Below are positions 58,359-64,000 of a DNA stretch of 64,000 bases, piece by piece. The stretch lies in the NCBI GenBank assembly GCA_965219445.1, contig CBDCNQ010000005.1, forward strand, positions 704,001 through 768,000, read 5' to 3'. The stretch's first letter is position 1, and every line of letters starts with the position of its first letter. Both the position numbers and the translations under genes were made by a program. The stretch is from Longimicrobiales bacterium (lineage in GTDB: Bacteria > Gemmatimonadota > Gemmatimonadetes > Longimicrobiales > Gaopeijiaceae). The notes under the pieces were generated by a model, which was given only the letters and a program-made list of their open reading frames with translations, had not been told where the DNA came from and did no database searches.

Positions 58359-59120
58359 CTAAATCGTCTCCAGTACCCCCACGGGGACCCACCCCACCCT
58401 GCCATCCTCCAACACGACCTCGGCCCACTCCTCGGAGAAGCGATCGATCCGTACCTTGGTCCCTTCGTGCACGGTGAAGACTGTGAGGGTCTCGTCGTCC
58501 AGGGGGGCGCTCATCACGTCGACCTGAAGTTGGAATACGATGGCCTCTTGGGCTCGCCCTATTTCGAACTCCCGAACGCCCAAGTTCAGTCCGAACAAGA
58601 GAAACACGACCCCGGAGGCGAGTGCGATCCGCCGACCCCAGACCGCCAGGAGCGCTCCCTTCTTCAGGATGAGCAAGAGGACGACGCCCGTCCCAACCAG
58701 GTAGGACGCTGCAACCACCGCAATGAGGAATGTCCTCGGCAGAAGGTCGACCCACCACTCCGCCGCACTGAAGAGCCAGAATCGCGGGAGTGGCTCGATC
58801 TCGTCGACGGTCAACGAGCGCGCGAGATCGAGGTTGGCCTGAACGTCTTCATCCCCCGGGAGTAGCCGGCGGGCACGCTCGTAATACAGGATCGATTGGG
58901 CGAGATCACCGAGCTTGAAATACGTGTTGCCGATGTTGTAATAGACCTCGCCGCTCTCGAATCCGGCCTCTACCAGTCGCAGGTAGCTGGCGAGCGCGTC
59001 CTCGAAGTTCCCTTCTTGATACAGGCGGTTCCCCTCCTGGTAGAACTCCACCTGAGTGGCCGTGGGACGAGGAGCCGATAGCACAGCGATCGCCATCACA
59101 GCGAACACCATCGCACGCAT
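58359..59120 (-). CDS. batE: BatE-like TPR + SH3 membrane protein
   Basis: TPR YYNIGNTYFK...ILYYERA; two TM helices; F.VHEGTKV...W.EV.L.DG..GWV. Confidence 0.88.
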   Translation of the reverse strand: MRAMVFAVMAIAVLSAPRPTATQVEFYQEGNRLYQEGNFEDALASYLRLVEAGFESGEVYYNIGNTYFKLGDLAQSILYYERARRLLPGDEDVQANLDLARSLTVDEIEPLPRFWLFSAAEWWVDLLPRTFLIAVVAASYLVGTGVVLLLILKKGALLAVWGRRIALASGVVFLLFGLNLGVREFEIGRAQEAIVFQLQVDVMSAPLDDETLTVFTVHEGTKVRIDRFSEEWAEVVLEDGRVGWVPVGVLETI

Positions 59121-60913
59121 CAGGAGAGCGCCTCCTGCACGGAGGTCATCGCCTCTGCGGCCCGGTCGAAGAAGCCCGACTTCTCCTCTGCGCTGGAGCC
59201 TGGAGGGGCGAAGCGCGCACGGTCGCACTCACCCAGGCAAGCCAGGTATCCCCTCGTCGCTGCGTCCGGAACCCCACGCCTAAGGAGCTCCGCCTCGGCG
59301 ACATCGGACATGAATCCGGCCTCGGCGACGTTGAGCTTGTCGGCGAGAAACCCACGCAACGCCCTCTCGACTTCGGCGTAAAACGCACGGGCGTCACCTT
59401 CCGCCATCACCACGCGGGCCTGGCCGAGACGCTTCTTGGCGACCCGCCCGGCTCTCCGTCCCCTCGCATACGCCACATCACCCTCAAGTCGGTCCCAATG
59501 CCTTCGTAGGCCCAAGGCCCCCAGCAGAGCAACCAGAGGCAGCAAAGCCACGATCCAGAACCCTGACGTATCCGTGAGTGAGCCCCCCACGGTTCCAAGG
59601 CTCGGAGGGCCGATCTGGATGAACCGAATGTCCTCGCGCAGCGTCTCCACGCCGGTACGTCCACCCGCAGCCACGATGACGGCATCGCCCGTCACCTCGA
59701 GCCTGAGAGGTTCCGAGGCGGAACTGGCGTACAAGCCGCTCTCAGCGTCGAAGTAGCTCATCTCGACAGGAGGGATGATCTTTTCTCCCGGCGACCTCGG
59801 AATCAGCACGTATTGGTAGGTTCTGCTCCCGCGGACACGGGAACCACTGCGATCAATCGACTCGGTGACCTCGGGCGGGAAGGCCTCGAAGTCTCCGGGG
59901 AGGTCGATGATGGGCGCCGCCAAACTCCGAAGATTTCCCTCTCCCTCGACGATCACCTCGAGCGTCACCGCGTCGTTGGTCTCCACACTCGCTCGATCGA
60001 TCGAGGCGCTGACACCCAGCCGGCCTACCAGCCCGGTGAAGCTCTGAGGCCTCCCCTCCTCTGGTAGGGGCAAGACCTCGATTTCCACAGGGTCTGATAC
60101 GATCACGGCCGGTACTTGTGATCCGAAGAGTGAACCCCCTCCGAAGAAGTCGTCGAAAATGCTCCGGGCCTGCCGCCGAACCCGCACGCTGGCCTCGACG
60201 CTCATTGACTCGATCGTCCTGGTGCCCGGCCCCGCGGGAAAGAGGACGACCCGTCGGATCACGGCGGTCGTATAGGGCTGTCCCGCGCGCACCCTCTGTT
60301 CGACCGGAGGACTCTGTGGGCCGGGGACCTCCTCCACCCAAAAGCCCTCGCTCTCGCCCAGACTAACGAGGCTGTAGGAGGTCACGTTCACGCGCGTGAA
60401 AAGTCTGTAACTCACCTCGATGGGCTCGTTCTGGTACGCTCGAGCCCTGTCGACTTCCGCCACGATGAAGAGATCATCGGGACCGATACCGGACGGGTCT
60501 TCGGGTTCACCCCCACGCCCGGCCGCAGCCCCCGATGTGGACACAGTCAACGTGACCGGCTGCGTCCGGAGCACCTGGCCCCCGATTTCGACCTCCACCG
60601 CCCCGATCTCGAACGTGCCCTCCCGGATCGCCCGGTATCGGTATTGGATGACTATGGAGACGGTCGTTGCTCCGTTGATCATCTGCATGCTCGTGGAGGA
60701 GTTCCGGCCGATGTACCGCGAGAAGCTTCCTAGATCCGGAAGCGAGGGCTCCACGTTCGTCCGATTCGTGCCCCTCAGCTCCACCTCGAGCGTGAACTGG
60801 CCATTCAAGGGGACAACGGATGGGGAGACCGAGGCATGAGCCTCGAGCTGTACGGCGGCGAGCTTCAAAGGTGCGGCCAAACTCGAGGCGATGACCGCGA
60901 GGACGATCGTCAT
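59120..60913 (-). CDS. batD: BatD family protein
   Basis: Signal; SSTSMQMING, V.PLPEEGRP..F.G.VG, G.GNL, C-terminal TM; operon position. Confidence 0.88.
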   Translation of the reverse strand: MTIVLAVIASSLAAPLKLAAVQLEAHASVSPSVVPLNGQFTLEVELRGTNRTNVEPSLPDLGSFSRYIGRNSSTSMQMINGATTVSIVIQYRYRAIREGTFEIGAVEVEIGGQVLRTQPVTLTVSTSGAAAGRGGEPEDPSGIGPDDLFIVAEVDRARAYQNEPIEVSYRLFTRVNVTSYSLVSLGESEGFWVEEVPGPQSPPVEQRVRAGQPYTTAVIRRVVLFPAGPGTRTIESMSVEASVRVRRQARSIFDDFFGGGSLFGSQVPAVIVSDPVEIEVLPLPEEGRPQSFTGLVGRLGVSASIDRASVETNDAVTLEVIVEGEGNLRSLAAPIIDLPGDFEAFPPEVTESIDRSGSRVRGSRTYQYVLIPRSPGEKIIPPVEMSYFDAESGLYASSASEPLRLEVTGDAVIVAAGGRTGVETLREDIRFIQIGPPSLGTVGGSLTDTSGFWIVALLPLVALLGALGLRRHWDRLEGDVAYARGRRAGRVAKKRLGQARVVMAEGDARAFYAEVERALRGFLADKLNVAEAGFMSDVAEAELLRRGVPDAATRGYLACLGECDRARFAPPGSSAEEKSGFFDRAAEAMTSVQEALS

Positions 60914-60941
60914 CCGACTGTCAAGCCACGCATCGTCCGGC

Positions 60942-61733
60942 CTACCAGGGCTTTATGGGGCGCCGCCCACGTAAGGGTGCTTGGCGACGGTTCACTTCAC
61001 CAGGGTCCTCCTGGACCCCTTGAAGCAGCCGTTGAGCCTCTTCCTCAGTCATCTCATGGGGCGCAGGCTCGGGCTGCTGGTCAGACTCAGGCGGCTCCTC
61101 CTCCGGAGGTTCTTCGGACTGCGGATCTTGATTCGGATTCTCATCGGGATCCTGCTCCTGCTCTTGATCCTCCGGCTCCTGGTTCTGCTCCCCTTCCGGA
61201 TTCTCTTGATCCTGGCTCTGATCCTCGTCCTGCTGGCTCTCATCGTCGTTCTCGGACTCGGGGGCCTGCTCGGGCTGCTCCATCTGCTGCTCGAGCGCCA
61301 ACTCGAGGTTGTGCTTGTAGTCGATCTGTGCGGGGTCGATGCGGAGGGCCTCCTTGAACGCTTCGGCACTTTCCTGAAACCTCTGCTGCCGGTATAGGGC
61401 GTTTCCCAGGTTGTACCAAGCGGGTGCGGCAAGCGCCGCGTCGCCCGACTCGATCGCTCCGAGGTACGCATCCAAAGCCCGAGCGTATTCCTCGGATTCA
61501 TAGAGTGCGCTGCCATCGTTGAAGAGGGCGAGTGGAAAATCGGGCGCGTCTCGCAGGGCCTCCAGGTATTTTTCGTGGGCCTCCCCGAAGCGGCCCTCTT
61601 CGTAGAGGCGGTTTCCCTCGTTGAGCTCGGCACGGCCCCGTTGTGCCGTGATCCCGCTCGGCAGAGCGCCGATGAGTGCCGCCGACACCAAAAGCCCAGT
61701 CAGCCATCTCATCGAGAACCGTCTTTCGTTCAT
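60942..61733 (-). CDS. batC: BatC-like TPR protein
   Basis: TPRs (WYNLGNALY), Q/E-rich linker, M..EEA.RLL, terminal KPW. Confidence 0.88.
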   Translation of the reverse strand: MNERRFSMRWLTGLLVSAALIGALPSGITAQRGRAELNEGNRLYEEGRFGEAHEKYLEALRDAPDFPLALFNDGSALYESEEYARALDAYLGAIESGDAALAAPAWYNLGNALYRQQRFQESAEAFKEALRIDPAQIDYKHNLELALEQQMEQPEQAPESENDDESQQDEDQSQDQENPEGEQNQEPEDQEQEQDPDENPNQDPQSEEPPEEEPPESDQQPEPAPHEMTEEEAQRLLQGVQEDPGEVNRRQAPLRGRRPIKPW

Positions 61734-62761
61734 GAAAACCTCCCGGCCCACGCCTCTTTTTTCCGCCGGCGTTCGGGGATCAAACCCTCCGCGAGCAGTA
61801 GGACCAGCGCAAGACCCAAGAAGACCTGGAACTGTTCATCGAACTGCGTGATCTCACGTGCTTCGAGTTCGCGGCCCTCTGCACCGGTGATCTCCTCGAC
61901 CAAGGGATCCAAGTTCGCACCGGGCCCTAGCGCAGGAAAATATCGACCTCCGGTGGCCTGTGCGACACGCTCCAGCGTCGACTCGTCGAGCCTAGTGGTC
62001 ACCACGGCGCCGCCTTCGTCTCGGACGAACCCGCTTCGCATGCCCGAGGCGTCGAATTCCGGGATCGGGACCCCGTCGAGCGACCCGATTCCTACCGTGT
62101 GAATCTGTACCCCCTCGTCGAGGGCTCGCTCCAGCGCCCCTTCGATCTCACCCTCGTGGTCCTCCCCGTCCGTGACCACGATGAGCACCCGATTGTCTCG
62201 ACTTCCCTCTTCGAATGCATCCAATGCCACCGTGAGCGCCTCGCCCAAGTTGGTTCCCTGGATGGGGATCAGATCGGGGCCCATGGCGTTCAGGAAGAGG
62301 GCAGCCGCACCGTAATCCACAGTGAGTGGGCTCTGAACGAAGGCATTTCCTGCGAAAGCGACGAGGCCGATACGATCTCCGTCCAGGCGTTGAAGGATAC
62401 GCATGATATCCAAGCGTGCTCGCTCCAACCGGTTCGGGGCCACGTCCTCGGCCAGCATCGAGCGAGACACGTCGAGCGCCACCATCACGTCCTGTCCTTC
62501 ACTCCGCACCGTCTCGACGCGAGTCCCGAACTGTGGACGAGCGAGGGCCAGGATGAGGGAGGCGACCGCCACAAGCATGAGTATGCTCTTCGCCGCCCTC
62601 CCCCTTTGGCTGAGCGTCGCGCTCAACTTCCGCACCAACTCCAGATCTCCGAACTGAGCGAGCGCCCGTCTTCGCGCCTGCCGCGTTCCCCAGAAGAACG
62701 CTCCCAGAACCGGGACCAGGAGCAGCCCGAAGAGGATCTCGGTCGAGACGAAACGGAACAC
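61730..62761 (-). CDS. batB: BatB VWA-domain protein
   Basis: ALARPQFG, LDVSRSMLAEDV.PNRL, PLT.DY, TDGEDHEG. Confidence 0.9.
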   Translation of the reverse strand: MFRFVSTEILFGLLLVPVLGAFFWGTRQARRRALAQFGDLELVRKLSATLSQRGRAAKSILMLVAVASLILALARPQFGTRVETVRSEGQDVMVALDVSRSMLAEDVAPNRLERARLDIMRILQRLDGDRIGLVAFAGNAFVQSPLTVDYGAAALFLNAMGPDLIPIQGTNLGEALTVALDAFEEGSRDNRVLIVVTDGEDHEGEIEGALERALDEGVQIHTVGIGSLDGVPIPEFDASGMRSGFVRDEGGAVVTTRLDESTLERVAQATGGRYFPALGPGANLDPLVEEITGAEGRELEAREITQFDEQFQVFLGLALVLLLAEGLIPERRRKKEAWAGRFS

Positions 62762-62788
62762 GGCGGTACGAATCTCCCTCCTGAACGG

Positions 62789-63778
62789 TTACGGCAACTT
62801 ACGAAGGACGGTCTGGCCGAGGCCGACCTCGAGGAGCAAGAGCAGCAGACCCGCAGCGAGAGGATAATGGAAGAGCTCCCCGTAGCTCGTGAAGTTCTGC
62901 ACTTCGATCTCCGTGGTCTCGAGGGCGTCTATTTCCTCATAGATCCGGCTGAGGCTCTCCCGGTCAGTCGCGCGGAAGTACCGGCCACCTGTGGTCTCCG
63001 CCACCTCCTGAAGTGAGGCCTCGTCGATGTCGACCTCGACATTGACGTACCGGCGACCCCGGAGTCGATCGTCGATCGGCATCCGTGCCATGCCCTGGCT
63101 ACCCGCCCCGATCGAATAAACCCTCACACCCAGCGCCTGCGCCATTTGGCCGGCGGTCACCGGGCCGATCTCGCCCATGTTGCTCCGCCCATCCGTGAGC
63201 AGCACCACCACCTGCGACGCGGCGTCCGAGGCCTGGAGCCGTTTGACGGCTGTAGCGAGTCCCATGCCCACCGCGGTCCCATCTTCGATCATGCCAACTT
63301 CCATCTGGCCGAGCAGGTCGGTGACAACCGAATAGTCGAGTGTCAGAGGAACCTGTGTAAACGCCTCACCGGCGAATACGACCAAACCGATGCGGTCGTC
63401 GCGTCGGCCCTCGACGAACTCCGCAGCCACCGCCTTCGCGGCCTCCAAGCGGTTGGGCTCCAGATCCTCGGCCAGCATTGAACTCGACACGTCGATCGCG
63501 AGAACGATATCGATCCCCTCCGCATTCACGGTCTCGCCGGTGACCCCGGTTTGCGGGCGGGAGAACGCGACGATGAGCGCCGCAAGCGCGAGCACCCGCA
63601 GGACGAACAGCGCGTGCCGATTCCGACCTGTGCGCCGAACATCGGACTGCTTGAGGGACGCCACGTCCGAGTATCTGATGGCTCCGGAGCGAAGACGGCG
63701 CCTGCCTACGTATACATACACCAGGGCCAGAATCGCCAGGCTGAGAATCAGAAATTGGGGATCCTCGAAGCGGTACAT
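62789..63778 (-). CDS. batA: BatA VWA-domain protein
   Basis: GIDI.LAIDVSSSMLAED..PNRL, DGTAVG.GLA, LLTDG, GG.YFRAT. Confidence 0.92.
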   Translation of the reverse strand: MYRFEDPQFLILSLAILALVYVYVGRRRLRSGAIRYSDVASLKQSDVRRTGRNRHALFVLRVLALAALIVAFSRPQTGVTGETVNAEGIDIVLAIDVSSSMLAEDLEPNRLEAAKAVAAEFVEGRRDDRIGLVVFAGEAFTQVPLTLDYSVVTDLLGQMEVGMIEDGTAVGMGLATAVKRLQASDAASQVVVLLTDGRSNMGEIGPVTAGQMAQALGVRVYSIGAGSQGMARMPIDDRLRGRRYVNVEVDIDEASLQEVAETTGGRYFRATDRESLSRIYEEIDALETTEIEVQNFTSYGELFHYPLAAGLLLLLLEVGLGQTVLRKLP

Positions 63779-64000
63779 CACCCCCCCTCGCTATGGGCCG
63801 GGGATGGCGCAGGCTCGAGCGCATCATGGTCATCTGCGTTCGGCCTGGCCCCCACAGGGAAGAGCTCGGCATCGCTGGCATCGCTGCCTGCCGGTGCGGC
63901 TCCTCCCGAGCCTGGGCCCCCGTTGAGGTGGTCTACGCGCGGCTGGGTCCGATGCACGAAAGCACGAGCGGCCTCGAGGATGTCCCGGCAGGCGTCGGGC
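63778..64000 (-). CDS. 3' end of an upstream bat-operon gene (partial)
   Basis: Open frame PDACRDILEAARAFVHRT...SEGG* whose stop overlaps the batA ATG (TGATG). Confidence 0.6.
   Translation of the reverse strand, partial: PDACRDILEAARAFVHRTQPRVDHLNGGPGSGGAAPAGSDASDAELFPVGARPNADDHDALEPAPSPAHSEGG

Noticed and set aside
61040..61300. Low-complexity repeats and a Leu-rich plus-strand ORF
   Set aside because: Antisense shadow of the Q/E-rich BatC linker.
58359..64000. bat operon as a novel system
   Set aside because: A known MoxR-associated BatA-E arrangement in the usual order.
1..64000. tRNA, rRNA, riboswitch, prophage or defence genes
   Set aside because: None recognised by eye; Infernal/Rfam and tRNAscan would be needed to exclude small RNAs.

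Overview
GC-rich bacterial chromosomal DNA. The gene repertoire (SusC/SusD pair, plug-only TonB proteins, bat operon, many Sec/Tat-exported enzymes) suggests Gemmatimonadota or a similar lineage; this is inference. Housekeeping blocks are an aquaporin (cut by the window edge), thrABC, and batA-E at the right end. Most of the rest encodes predicted periplasmic redox and catabolic proteins: 13 CXXCH heme-c motifs in six genes (including an octaheme cytochrome), two Tat-exported sulfite-oxidase-family molybdoenzymes, two Tat flavoproteins and five NHL beta-propellers with PAL (peptidyl-alpha-hydroxyglycine lyase)-type motifs. The most interesting locus is 10.1-14.1 kb. There a heme-c-fused dicopper monooxygenase with all six PHM-type Cu ligands sits between a Cys-Cys partner protein and a PAL-like lipoprotein with a complete catalytic set, a candidate bacterial PAM-like (alpha-hydroxylation/amidation) system. 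An IS3-like element with atypical sub-terminal ends splits a glycerate kinase gene. Five more genes show frameshifts, internal deletions or truncation. No rRNA, tRNA or CRISPR array was recognised. All calls come from reading motifs by eye; no searches were run.
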